DNA of 59,317 nt from Seison nebaliae (Eukaryota): NCBI GenBank assembly GCA_023231475.1, contig JALJEE010000106.1, positions 62,001 through 121,317 of the forward strand, in the 5' to 3' direction. Within the stretch, counting starts at the first letter, position 1, and each line of letters opens with the position of its first letter. The notes under the pieces are model-generated. The model worked only from the letters and a program-made list of their open reading frames with translations, was not told the DNA's origin and did no database searches. The translations under genes were made by a program, and so were the position numbers. This document shows positions 28,926 to 41,419 of the stretch, one piece after another.

Positions 28926-31880
28926 TCAAGCAAGTTTCAACATATATTTCTTCCTATCTTCTTTCAATCTTCTTAAATTTAAGAGAATTTTATCGCATTC
29001 ATTTTGTAAAAAGTCATCTCGTTTCTTTTGTTGGTTGACATCGATCATTAAACTCTGATAAAGTAGAATGTTATGAATGAAAAGAAAAAGAATAAAATTA
29101 ACATTAAGTCGTTTCTTGATCGCTTTATCTTCATTCGTCTTCAATCGTTCGAAAGTATTCAATTGAATTTGATATTGATCAATCGTATCAATTACTAAAT
29201 TGAATTGTTTAATTGTTTTCTGAGCACGAGCTGCATAACCGCCGAGATATTTTCGAATTTTTCCTTCTAATTTATTTCCTCTTTTTGCTTCAATTTCCAT
29301 TTGTTGTTGATTCTTCTTGAAAACGTTCTCTAACGATTCTATTCGATATTTAGCCGCCACATTCTTCTGATTAGTAAATTTCTTCATTGATGGAACATAA
29401 ATCATTTGTTCGAATGTGTTATCCCAAATCTTTAAAAAATAATTTATAATGATTATTAAATAAATGAAGAAAAACTTGAGAGAATCGTTCAAAATCTAAT
29501 TTCTCATATTCCCTCTCAAGTTCTTCAACTTCTTTCTCAATTTGAATTTTTCCCTAAAAAAAATTTGTTAATTTTTCAAAAATTTAAAATTTTCCAAAAC
29601 TTCATTCAATTCTTCATTTGAGAATTCGTCAAATTCATTTTGTTCCATAAACATTTCATGTTTCTTCAATTGGAATGATGGGAGATTTGGTAATCGATAT
29701 TTCCCTTTCGTTTCTGATAACGTCAATTTGCCAATTTTCTCTCGATAAAATCTCTTCAATTGTTTCGTTGTTAACGAGAATTCCATCAATTCCTTAAAAC
29801 TTTCAACTTTCAAAATAGATGACCATCTTTCAGATTTCTCTCGATATTCATCATCATCGTCATCATCATCATCATCAATTTCATCGTCTCCATCATCATC
29901 ATCGGAATTATCGTCGTAATTGACGATTTGCATTTTGGAGAAAAGATTTTTTGGAATTCCGTAAGTGTATTTTGGATTTTGTTTGGATAAATCGAAATGT
30001 TGAAGTAGAATCATTTCATTGTTCAACATCTTTTCAGCTTGTCGAAATTGTTGGAGTTCAATTGACGTACCTGAAGTTGGATTAGATAATCCGATGACTG
30101 TATTGATTTGGAGAGGAATTCGTCGATTGTCTTTAAAATTTGTTGAATGTAAAAAGAATTTTTTTATTTCAATTAATAATTTCTCTCGTTCACTTTTTTC
30201 TTCAATTTCTCGTTTATCTACAATTTTTCCATTAATCATTTTCTCATTATTATCATCTTCCGTTTCGTCATTAACGACAATTTCATAATCGTTTTTCGGT
30301 TTTGGTAATCTTTTCAAATTTTCTTTCAATTCACTTTTCGTCATACTGATAGTGGAAGCGACAGATCTAATTGACATACTTCCGTCATCATTGAATGGAG
30401 TATTCAATTGTAATCGATCTCTTAATTCACCACGGGTTTGTCCTCCTTCATATGTTGTAGATGTGACGGAACGTACTGATGGTGTTTGAATGGAATTATT
30501 ATCATTCGTTCGATTTTGGATAGAGGGAGTGAAAAGAGTATTTGGAGTTTTGAATCGTTGTTCATTTGATTTCATTTTAATTTTTCCATTCTCATCAAAT
30601 TCTGGTTGTATTTCATTTAAATTTGAATTAATTTGAATATTATTTCGTGATGGTTTAATACTTTCACTACCATCATGATTTAATGGAGTATCTACTAATT
30701 GATCTAATAATAAATTAGTCGCTTGTTGCATTACAATATCATCAGATTGAGGAACGAGAGGAGTTCGTAAAGTAGAAATATCTGATGTTAATTTATATTC
30801 GTTTAATAAAATGTTCGTTGGATTATTATTATTTCCATCATCATCATCATCATCATTTTTCACTTCATCAATTTGTTGTTGTGATAATTTGGAAATTTTG
30901 ATAACATCATCCAATTCTTGATCATTCATTTGTGGTTCAGGTAATGATAATTTCGTCCGTTTCATCGTCTTGAAATTGTCACTCGTTTCCAATAAAGTTT
31001 CCGGTAAATTTTGTTTTCGTTTCAATTCAATTTTCTTCTTATCTTCTTCTTTCGCTTTTCGTTCTTTCTCATCTCGATATTCCTTCTCCATATGATCAAC
31101 TCGTAAAGATTTAAAATCAAATTCTTTTCCCACATAAGTCTCTTTCGACGTATCATAAAAACCTTTCGGTACCGGTTTTTCGAAAGCGATTTCTGTATTA
31201 TAATTAACATGACGACGATTCTTTCGACCACGAAATGGATCTCTTAACGGAACTTCAATTCCACCAGCTCGTAATTCTCGACGTTTCTGCATCGATGCCA
31301 ATCGACGAGCTTCTTCTAATTGACGTTCTCTTGCTTTCCTTTTTGCTTTCTTTCCTTGAGTATTCGCTAAACGAGCACGAGCTTCTGATAACATTTCCAA
31401 TTCATCTTCATCCATATCTTCCGGATCTGGTCGAGCTGGTTTCGCTTCAGGATTTGGATCGATTTCTCCTACACGTAATTTTCGAGGATCACTCAATGTC
31501 GTACCACCAGCTGTCGTCGATTGAAGATTAGAGAAATCAGGTCCATCCAATTTCTTTTGAGCTTGATCCAAAAGAAATTCATATCGTTCCAAACATTGAT
31601 TGGCCGTTCGACCAACAAAAGGTGCAATTGTTCGCCATTGAGTAGGCAACAATTTTGCCATATGCAACAAATTCTCATCTTCTTCTTTACTCCATTCCGT
31701 TTTCTTTATACTCGGATCTAACCATTCATACCATCTCGCTTTACATTGTTTCGAAGACTTCCGATGAAGTAAAGATGCTATTCGAGACCACTGATTCTTC
31801 CCATATTTCATGACAGCTGCTTTTAAAATCTCATCCTCCGTATTCTTCCAAATTCCTCCTTTGATCGTAATACGAACCAT
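28926..31880 (-). CDS. CDC5L: Pre-mRNA splicing factor CDC5L/Cef1, 4 exons
   Basis: MVRITIKGGIWKNTEDEILKAAVMKYGKNQWSRIASLLHRKS (Myb repeats), then EIDPNPEAKPARPDP and EARARLANTQGKKAKRKARE. Three short GTT introns lie in the 3' part. Confidence 0.97.
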
Positions 31881-32572
31881 GATGATTGTTGATTGATCGA
31901 AAGAATATATATATGAATAACTAATAACGAAAGAATATGAAAGATTTCCGTTTATTCTAAAAAAAAATTTTTCAAATAAATTTTCAATCAAGCTTATGAT
32001 TTAATTGATGAAATTTAATTGTCATTCAAATCGTTTTCACTCTCTTTCATTATTTCTAAATTCCTTTTTTTTAGCATCCAGCCAAGTAGACATTATTATT
32101 ATTATTATTTAAAAATGATGATTAAATTATGATTTTTAAAAAAAACTACAAATAAAATTCTTAATCTGCTAATGAAATTATTGTAATTTGAGATTGTAGG
32201 AGATTTGCCAGTTGGTGATTTTGCCAGTCGATTTTTTTCAACTTTTTTTAAAACCGCCCTTTATCGTCAAAAATATTTAAGGTATGATGTTGAATTTGAT
32301 ATCTTTACAAAGAGCTTGAAATGCTGTATACAAAATACAAGAAATGTAGTACCTTGCTAATTTCATTTATTTCAAACATTTATTTAAAATTTGGGACATT
32401 TGTTCCTTGAAAAAAAAAAGAAAATATTTGTCTAATTACATTGATTTTTTTCTAAAAATCTATAACTCATCCTTCTCATGTTCTTTAAAAAAAGATTACG
32501 CAAAACGATCACTTTTAAGAATTAGGACAAATTAACTTAAGTACATTTCAGATATTTTTTTGAAAAAAGGAC

Positions 32573-32695
32573 TAATGTAATTTATTAAAAAGGGAAAAAA
32601 TATCTATATAAAAAAATGTAAAGAATAATTTTGTTTTATTTTCATTTTTTACTTTTTTATTTTTTTATATAGATATTTTTCCTTAATTTACATTA
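32573..32695. repeat. Inverted repeat/hairpin in an AT-rich spacer, possible MITE/foldback remnant
   Basis: Arm 32593-32617 ggaaaaaatatctatataaaaaaat pairs with 32659-32682 atttttttatatagatatttttcc. Outer arms taatgtaa/ttacatta extend the stem. Confidence 0.5.
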
Positions 32696-32920
32696 TTTTT
32701 ATGTGCTCTATCAGTTTTTTAGGCTGAAACCGAATATTTTACTTCGCTCAAAATTTTCTTAAAGTTTAACCACTTAAAATGAGATTTTCGAATCTCAGAA
32801 ATAGGGGAAAATAAAGTTTGTTAATTAGTCGGTTATTTAAGATCGAATTTTACATTCATTAAAAAAAATTTCGTTAAGAATGATGTAAACGAATTGAATA
32901 GTGATATTTTTCTTTATAGT

Positions 32921-34128
32921 TTAATTATCCAAAAACATTTCGAATAATTTTTTCCTTAAAATTTCATAAGCGATCACTAATTTTAGTTGATAAACTTCTC
33001 TATTTCGATAAACAGGAATAATCTGATGACCGAAATATTTCATGTTGATTAAGGCATAAAATCCACAACTATAATCATCTTTCTGTAATGCAACGCGAGG
33101 AATTGCCAAACTCCATTCGTAATCTTTATCATGAAGACATTGGAATCGTTGAGTTTGATCCAATTTCTTTGCTGTAGTTGATATTGTTCGCAATAGAAAT
33201 GTTGCTTCCTTCAAATTTATTATAGAATTAACTGCCGATTCACTCGAGTCGTCTGACGAATCTGAATCAGTAACTGCATTTGGAGTGAGTGAATCTAAAG
33301 AAATTAATTTGCCTTTCTCCAAATCAACGACATATAATAAAAAGTGATAATCCTCATCAATCGCTCCATATATCAGAAGAAATCTTTCAGTAAAAAAGTT
33401 AAATTTCGTTCGTTTCATTTTCAAATAAAAACGTCTTTCTATTTGTTTTGGAATTCCACTCGTCATGTTAATTGGGCCTGCTCCGTTTTCAAATATACTA
33501 AAAATAAGAAGTTAATTTTCCGGAATAAACTATGTTTAATTCAAACAAGTAATGTACATCTGAAGTTAATTTGGTTCCGGCAGCAAAATCGAGTAAATTA
33601 AATTTAACATATGGTAAACCATCTAATAATGTCTTATATGGAAGCAACATTTTTTCGTGGTCTTTCATTGTCATTTCACTTCCTAGACCTATGATGGAAT
33701 CCTTCCATTTTTCTGACGGTACGTTCGGCATTAATATATGACTAATTTCCTGACTAATCTGTAATATAGGAAACTTCTCATGACGTAATCTTCTCGCTCT
33801 ATGTGTTTGGCAATCTAATGAAAAAATCAATTGCACTCCTAACCAAATTATTCTTATGTCAATTCTAACCATATTTCAAGAGACCCAATTGTACTTCCAT
33901 ATCTAACATTTATGAACATTATTATATAAATAGAAATTTTGAAATTAAACTATCTATAAAATTTCTTAATCTGTTAAAGAAATATAATAATAATGTTGAG
34001 TTTTAGTGTACATCTAACATGCGAGGTGATATTTTATATCGATCGAGACGAATTGTTGTCGATTGACTCAAAACATGTACAAATAAGTTAAGTATGACAT
34101 AACCAGTATGAATTCTACTGCTTAACAT
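32921..34128 (-). CDS. Ulp1/SENP-like (C48) cysteine protease, 5 exons, apparent signal peptide
   Basis: Catalytic pattern HFLLYVVD...SLDSL...QKDDYSCGFY (His, Asp, Gln, Cys). Four GTT introns extend the frame to ATG 34128, including a 20-nt exon at 33951-33970. Confidence 0.75.
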
Positions 34129-34415
34129 ATTCTCCACGATTTCACGAACGATAATTAGACAAACAAAATAACCAAAAAAAGGAAAAACAATTCTTTTTAT
34201 TCATTTCCACTTGAATTTTATGGAGGAAAAAACGGTAAAAAAGATTCACAAAAAGTTTCCATTGGAAACATCGAAAAATGAACATCCTAATCTATCAACT
34301 TTTCTTGTGTTCATTATCCTTCTGATATCGATGAATTAATTGATGTGACGGTCACATATTTATATAACAAATTTAACGAATCTCTTATCAAGTTAAAACA
34401 ATTTTTATAATTTTA

Positions 34416-35801
34416 TTAAGTTTCTCTTAATTCAGATTCTAGTGAATAAATTTGTCTCTTAATATTATTCACTTCGTTATGTGCATGAAAATTCTTCTTC
34501 ATCGTCTTGTGCATCGTCTTCAATAATTTCATTTCAGAGAAATCAGATCTGCTGTTTAATTGTTCCGTCTCTATTTGTAAGGATTGGAGTCGTTTATTCT
34601 GTTTTCTCATTTCCATGTTCTTTTGTTGTATTTCACTGATGTATCCGTCGATCTCTTTATTCTTTCTTTCCTCCAATTTCTCATATTGTTCGTTCAACAT
34701 TTTTATTCTGTCAATCATTTTCCTTTTAGTTACACCGATCGACTTTCGAAAATCTTCATCACTCTTTTTCATTTCTCTCAATTCATTCTTCAAATCGTCG
34801 TTCTTTCTTTTCAATTTGTAAACTTCTTCCTTACCTTCTCTCTGCTCCAATTGGAGACGATGATTCTTGATCTTGAATTGTTCCAGTTCATCTTCAAGAG
34901 ACAATCGTTCTTTTTCCAATTCTATTCGCTTCTCATAATTTTTCTGTTTCAATTTTTGAATTTGTTTCCTCTCCTCGTCCAATTGATCTTCATTCACCTT
35001 CGTCTCAATAATTCTCCTTTCTTCTACTCGATAATTATTTTTATACGAATTAAATTCATTTGATAACTTTTCAATTGTTAATGATAATTCGTTCGTTCTT
35101 TTCTCCAATTCTCTTTCATGATGTTTCGCACGTCGTTCCCAATCCGACGATTGTTCTCCCAATTCTTTTATTTGACTTCGCATCTTCTCCAATTTACGTT
35201 GATGTATTAAAGACTCTTCTTTACATTCGGCATTCTTCAAATTTAATTTCATTTTCAATTGTTCATTATTCGTAAGAAGTTGCTGATATTCCATTTCTTT
35301 AATTAACGATCCATTTGTTGGATTATTCAAATTCTTTCCATTCGCTGACAAATATCTCAAAGTTTTCTTTAAAGAATTTCTCGATTTTTGTACCGAATTC
35401 TTTTCTTCTTCAACCAATTCGACATATTCATTCAGTATATGCTTCCCCGGCGTTTCTTTTATAAAATACGTTATCTCTTCTTCATCATAACCAGATAGCG
35501 ATAATAATTTGTCGATTTTTTTCCGATTTTCTACATCGATTAAATGTAATTCATGATTTTCTTTTTTAAATAAATTCTTCGCTTCATTTTCTTCCAAAAA
35601 TTCCGCACGTAACTTCTCCAATTCGTTTTTCAATGATGAATTTCTTTCCTCACTAATTTTCAGTTCATCTCTCAAATGTTTCTCTTGTCGTATTAATGAA
35701 GAGATGGAATGTTTCTGATGGAATAACAAGGAATTCTCTTCTTCTAAATCTTTAATTCTTTCCTTGTAATAATTGATCACATCATTCGAATCGCGTTTCA
35801 T
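34416..35801 (-). CDS. CCDC77: Coiled-coil domain-containing protein 77-like, single exon
   Basis: INYYKERIKDLEEEN...ENHELHLIDVENRKKIDKLLSLSG...EITYFIKETP and LEERKNKEIDGY follow the recalled CCDC77 pattern. Confidence 0.75.
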   Translation of the reverse strand: MKRDSNDVINYYKERIKDLEEENSLLFHQKHSISSLIRQEKHLRDELKISEERNSSLKNELEKLRAEFLEENEAKNLFKKENHELHLIDVENRKKIDKLLSLSGYDEEEITYFIKETPGKHILNEYVELVEEEKNSVQKSRNSLKKTLRYLSANGKNLNNPTNGSLIKEMEYQQLLTNNEQLKMKLNLKNAECKEESLIHQRKLEKMRSQIKELGEQSSDWERRAKHHERELEKRTNELSLTIEKLSNEFNSYKNNYRVEERRIIETKVNEDQLDEERKQIQKLKQKNYEKRIELEKERLSLEDELEQFKIKNHRLQLEQREGKEEVYKLKRKNDDLKNELREMKKSDEDFRKSIGVTKRKMIDRIKMLNEQYEKLEERKNKEIDGYISEIQQKNMEMRKQNKRLQSLQIETEQLNSRSDFSEMKLLKTMHKTMKKNFHAHNEVNNIKRQIYSLESELRET

Positions 35802-36220
35802 TTCCTTTCTAAATTCGAAGAAATGCGAAAAAATTTATATTTTCCTCAATTTCTATTGCTATCGTGAGAAATTTGTAGTAATTGACCTGAAATAAATTAT
35901 GACAGATAATACTTCATTTTCAGAATAGAATTTTTAGCTTAGTTTTGATTTCGGTAAATATTTGAATTTTCCTAATCTTGATGAATTATCTTTAATTCTC
36001 TTCATTATAGAGACAGAATTAATCTTATCAAATATTATAAAATTACCAAATATTGATAAAAGAAAAGATGAATTTTTAAAATTAGAAAAATCAAATTTAA
36101 ATTTGGAAATGAATGAATATGATTATTGGAGTAAATTTTAGTGGATAAATCTCTTAATTTAGGAGAAGAAAATACAAATTTAATTTAGCGTAAATGAAAA
36201 AGAAATGAAAGAGAAATAGA

Positions 36221-39200
36221 TTAGTTGCGATGTCGATATTGGTATAATCGACGATAATATTCTTCATTCGATTTAGCGGGTATACCATTGGCTTGAATTT
36301 GTATTGGACGAACATGTTTTACATTTATCCTTGGCTGACGGTAGGGCTTCATTCTATGACGTTTCAATAATCGTTGGTTCGATTGGATTTCATTTTCATT
36401 TAATAGACCAGCTTTCGAAAATTCTTCAGATACATTAAATTTAAATTTTTGAGATTCGCAATTTCCATAAGTTGGAATTGAACCGTTCATCAACATCTCT
36501 GCGATTTGACCAAGATTCTGAAAAATATTCGTTCATTATCTTTAAAATAAAAAATGTTTAACGATGAATGGACCAGAATTGTCCAGTCGACCACTTTCCG
36601 CTAAAGATGTTATTGTTTCGATCGCATTCGAAGATAAACTCAGATCTTTCTGTTGTGATCCTCCGGATATCTGATTCGTGGAAATAACTGACATAAATGA
36701 TAATAAAAATGAACTTGTGGTAATCGAATGACAAAGGCGTCATTTCCACCTGTAGTTGTTCGATTAATTGGTCGAATGGATCCATCACTAGCACGACATT
36801 CTCTCAAAGACGTTCCTAAATAAATGATATTTGATCCACCTTTAATGTTAATTTGTTGCGGGATTTTGTTCCTTTCTACTGAAGCGATTGACTTTACCAA
36901 TTCTGGCATTGCTTCCATTGCTTTGACAGTTCCATCAGAATTACAACAATTGCAACCTCCACAACCTCCTTGATTACCACGACCAGTTGAAATACCGTTC
37001 CCAGTGTCACCTTTCAATCCTGGAGAACCGGGTAATCCAGGTGATCCAACTGCTCCCATTTCTCCAACAATTCCTTTAGTACCTTTTTGTCCTTTAATTC
37101 CAATTGATCCTCTCTCACCAGGAATTCCTCGTTGACCTATCGTTCCTTTCGATCCTTTTCTTCCGATAGGACCTGTTAGACCTGCAGGTCCAACATCTCC
37201 TTTAATTCCTTGAATACCTTGTATTCCTCGTAAACCAATAATTCCCTGCATACCAGGCGCACCTGGTGGACCAACTGGTCCTATGTCTCCTTTGGCAGAT
37301 GCAGATCCAGGTAAACCTGGTGGTCCTTGAGGTCCATGAGGACCATGAGGTCCTAAAGGACCTTGAATTCCTGGAGCTCCTCGACCTGGAGGTCCTTGTA
37401 AACCATTTTCACCCTTTTGACCTGCAGTGCCCGGTTGACCCATTGGTCCTCGAGGTCCAGGTGAACCTCTTTGACCTGGTGTTCCTGAGTTACCGGGAGT
37501 TCCTTCAATTGAACGACCTGGTAATCCAGGTGGTCCTGGAGGTCCTCTTTGTAACGTTTCTACTGCCTATTAGTGAATTAATTTTAATAGATAAAATTAA
37601 TAAAAAACTCCGTCTTTTCCCGGGTCACCTGGAGGACCTGGTGTTCCATTTTGTCCCGGCCTGCCATCTCTTCCTGGTCTTCCAGCAACACCTTGAATTC
37701 CAGGTTCTCCTCTAGGTCCAGGTAATCCAGGTGAAGTATTTCCTCCACTTCGTTCTATTGTTTGAATCATACCAGGTGGTCCCGGTGGTCCCTTAAAAAC
37801 AAATTTTCAATATACAATAACCAATAGTTAACTTCTATTCCTGGTCTACCACTATGTCCCTAATTTCAATAATAGAAAAAAATGTTTAGAAAAAAAATAA
37901 ATAAAAACTGGTTCTCCAGCTCTTCCAGGAGGTCCAGGTGGACCTGGTCTTCCAGGTTGGGTACTTGCAATTGGTCGATTTTCCGTCTAACAAATAAGGT
38001 TGAAAATGTTAATGTTAAAAAACTGAATAACAATACTCGTTTCTCCGGGTTCACCAGATGGCCCTGGTGGTCCAACAAATCCCTTTTACAATAAAGTTAT
38101 TAAACAATTATAAAAAAGTTGAACTCTTGGACCAGTTGGACCTCGATCACCTGGAGTTCCAGGTTCCCCTAGTCCTCCATCTCTACCTGGCATTCCATTT
38201 GAACCATCTTTTCCGGGAGGTCCCAATGGACCTTGTCTTCCAGGAATTCCTGGAGGACCAGGCGGACCGGGTCTTGCACGAGCCACTAAATTAAATTTCA
38301 ATATAATAAATTTAAAAAATGAAAGATAATAATTTCCTAACAAACATCATCTGGTCCTCTATTGATCATTTCTTTCACTGAGCCAGCCACATAAGGCAAA
38401 ACTTGATCAACAAATTGTCTGGTACAATTAGTTCCAGGTGAACCTGGTCGACCGGGCGTACCAGGGAAACCAGGTCGTCCTGGTGGTCCTGGCATTGCTG
38501 TGATTCGGTTCTGAGAAAAAAGTAATTTTCTTTTTATTTAATTAATAACTGGACGAATACTTTGACCGATAGATGGACGACCTCCACCACAACATTGTGG
38601 TGTCATTCCAGTATCTCCTTTCTCACCTGGAGGACCACAAGGTCCAGGAGGTCCTGATGGTCCGGGTGGACCCTGCAAAAAATAACAAATATGATATCAT
38701 TAAAACTAATAATAATAATAATAACCGAATGTCCAGGGTGACCTGGAATTCCAGCAGTTCCTCTTTCTCCGAAATCTCCTTTTTTTCCTTTAACTCCTGA
38801 TGCACCATGTTTTCCTGGATGACCAGTATGGCCGAATGGACCTACATCACCTTTGTCTCCTTTAATTCCACCCCATCCACGTAAACCTGGTGTTCCAGGG
38901 AATCCGGGAGGACCCTAATGATACGAAAGGAAATGTATTATAATTTTTAATTTTTTACCATTATAATTACTAACCGGCTCTCCTTTCTTGCCCGTGACCG
39001 AAACACCTGATTATTTAAGAGAAATTTCAATAAACAAATTTGAATAATATAGAAACCTTGACAACTACATTGTGTGGGAACGCGTGGACAACATCCAGCA
39101 GAACGTCTTATTCTGTGAATAGTTTCTTCCGCTTTACTCGTTTTCAATATGTCGATATCCTTCGATATATCATGAAATAATTGTTGAAATAATCGATCAT

Positions 39201-39516
39201 ATAATGATGTTCCATTTTCATCAAATACCAATTTATTACTTTCGTCGCCCATCTCATAGATATTTATTTGATGTTCCAAATGTTCAATTTTCCTTCGAAT
39301 AATTTGATCCTTAACAAAATTGAGAATACTCAAATAAATACACGCTGTCAATCCCATAATCAAGAGCATATGATATGCTAGTGATAAGAATGACCATTTT
39401 TTCTTCACCACATTCACCGAAATCACATCATCCAACGGTTCGTAAGGTGGAGACGATTTATTCTCACCGGTTTCTAATGTGCGGTTTTGCCCATCCTCAT
39501 TGGCTGTCCTGCACAT
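36221..39516 (-). CDS. Type II transmembrane collagen with interrupted triple helices (MACIT-like), ~13 exons
   Basis: Cytoplasmic N-terminus, TM helix [22 protein letters not shown], coiled coil, furin site RIRR and CC/CxC motif. Several Gly-X-Y blocks are joined through short introns; the C-terminus is non-collagenous. Confidence 0.85.
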
Positions 39517-40273
39517 TTTCCGCCAACAAATCTGTTAATTTTCTCGAAAGTTTCGTCTATTTATTTTGAGAACATGATAAATTTAAGGAAAGATAAAAGA
39601 TAAATAGTTAATATAAATGATAATTAAATAGAAGAATTAAATTAATGGAATATGGAAATTAAAGAAGAACGGAATATTTTGGGAAGTTAATAATTTGGAA
39701 GGGAATTTATAAATGATGATAAATGATAGTAAAACATTGGGAAAGATGATTCTCCATTGAACTATATGTGAATGGAGAGGAAGAAGGAGAATATGAATCT
39801 GAAGAAATGAACCGATCATTTAATCTCAATTGTTCATCACATTAATAAGAGAAAGAATGTTTGTTTGAAAACTACCAGAGTAGATTGCGTCGTTTATCTC
39901 ATATTCTATATATGTATAATTCCCTATATGATTCGATAGTAAAGACGTTTAAAACGTATGCTCTGTCTTTATCTCCAGACGCAGTTGCCCCAAAAGAAAT
40001 TTATGAAAGGTGGAAATATTGCATAGAATATGGATAGGTAGAAGGTCAAAGATTTTCGGGGAAGGAATCAAATATTGTTCATAAGTTAAATGAGAAACTT
40101 TTTAATCTTTTATTTTATAACAAAACATTTCCCTTATCGAATTGAATTGTGAGATGAAATTGAAAAGAAAATCAGAATTATTTAGCTGTTTGTTCAAAAA
40201 GAAAATAATTATATGAAATCATCTTTTATTGTGAGATAGTTGTTGAAAGTGAGTCGTTCATTTCCTTCATAAC

Positions 40274-40811
40274 TTAACGACATGCACATTTACTCACAAT
40301 CATATTATCAAACCTTTCGAATACAATGCCATCAAACGTTGTATTTGTGAAACGGTGAAGAATATTTAAACTTTCAAATGCCGTTGGAATACAACAACTT
40401 CCAGATTTGTTTCGAAATACTTCTTGTTCTAATTGCTTCAACATTCCATTATTCGACCCATCCCATTTCGACTGTAATTCACATGAACCGATACATTGAA
40501 ATGCCTGATGGAAAATACATTTTGATGTTATTGACTGAAAAAAGAAATTGACTGAAATTAACTTCATAAGTTAATGGACTTATTATCCAATTATCTAGAT
40601 TGAATTGAGTAAAATCGATTTTCATTGATACCTTCCTACAATACATCTCATCATTATGCTTCTGATTAATGAACGGTATGACGGAACGATAATTAAAATT
40701 CATATTCCGCTCCATACTCTTTATATCAGCCGCTAAGTCGCTTAACGTTTTACATTCGTTCTGTTCCATTCTGTTCCATACAAGAAAAATAAGGAATAAT
40801 ATAATTGTCAT
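40274..40811 (-). CDS. TGF-beta superfamily ligand, 2 exons (start could be 40811, 40832 or 40901)
   Basis: Intron 40505-40562 gives CRKVSMKIDFTQFNLDNWIISPLTYEAFQCIGSC...CCIPT...NMIVSKCACR, a complete 7-Cys knot. The N-terminus is hydrophobic. Confidence 0.9.
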
Positions 40812-41154
40812 TTTATAAAGGAAAATTGTCATCAGAAGAAGAACATAATCATTTAAGATTTCTAACATTTTTATATGTAGTGCCTGAATTTTTTTTAACA
40901 TTCGATTATATCACGAACTTATTAGAATAAACAATTAAGTGATTCCAACTAATTCGGTTTTGATTCATTTCTATTGAACTCCTATTAGGTAAGACAGTGC
41001 AAGTTCGGATTATAAGCAAGTCTTTTTGATGTTGACGCTAATCCAATTTGTTTAGAAGAAAGCTTTTATTTCAATAAAACTTGATCATGAATAACGTCAT
41101 TTAAAAGCTTCTTGATATTCTTAATAAGTTTTAGAGAAAAATCTATTTTTTTCG

Positions 41155-41168
41155 GTTGCTATAGTAAC
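41155..41168. promoter_or_regulatory. X-box (RFX-binding site)
   Basis: GTTGCTATAGTAAC fits the GTTNCYATRGNAAC palindrome and lies 14 bp before the ATG of the ciliary gene BBIP1. Confidence 0.8.
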
Positions 41169-41182
41169 GGATTACTATAATT

Positions 41183-41419
41183 ATGACAGATAAAAATAAG
41201 CAAGATTTTTATAAACCATCATCAGGATTCTTGTATTCCGAAGACGTTCCAAAAGTTGTGTTATGCAAACCGAAAATTCTACCACTGAAAAGTTCCGCAT
41301 TGAATAAAATGCAGAAAATGAACCAAACTTTGAAAGAAATTGAAGATAAACAGAACCAAGTCGCTATCAACGAAGAAAACACAAACGCCGATGAAATCCT
41401 ACGTTTCGATGATAATTAA
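41183..41419 (+). CDS. BBIP1: BBSome-interacting protein 1 (BBIP10)
   Basis: PSSGFLYSEDVPKVVLCKPKILPLKSSALNKMQKM matches the BBIP10 core VLCKPKxxPLKS; X-box upstream. Confidence 0.9.
   Translation: MTDKNKQDFYKPSSGFLYSEDVPKVVLCKPKILPLKSSALNKMQKMNQTLKEIEDKQNQVAINEENTNADEILRFDDN

Noticed and set aside
31881..31991. N-terminal extension of the CDC5L ORF
   Set aside because: Non-ATG start; the conserved protein begins at MVRITIKGG (31880).
37987..38040. Possible non-GT donor in the collagen gene
   Set aside because: A 37-nt GTT..TAG intron (37987-38023) keeps the Gly-X-Y frame, so no non-canonical dinucleotide is needed.
37266..38800. Plus-strand ORFs and periodic GC-rich repeats
   Set aside because: Antisense reading of collagen Gly-Pro codons, not a repeat array or CRISPR.
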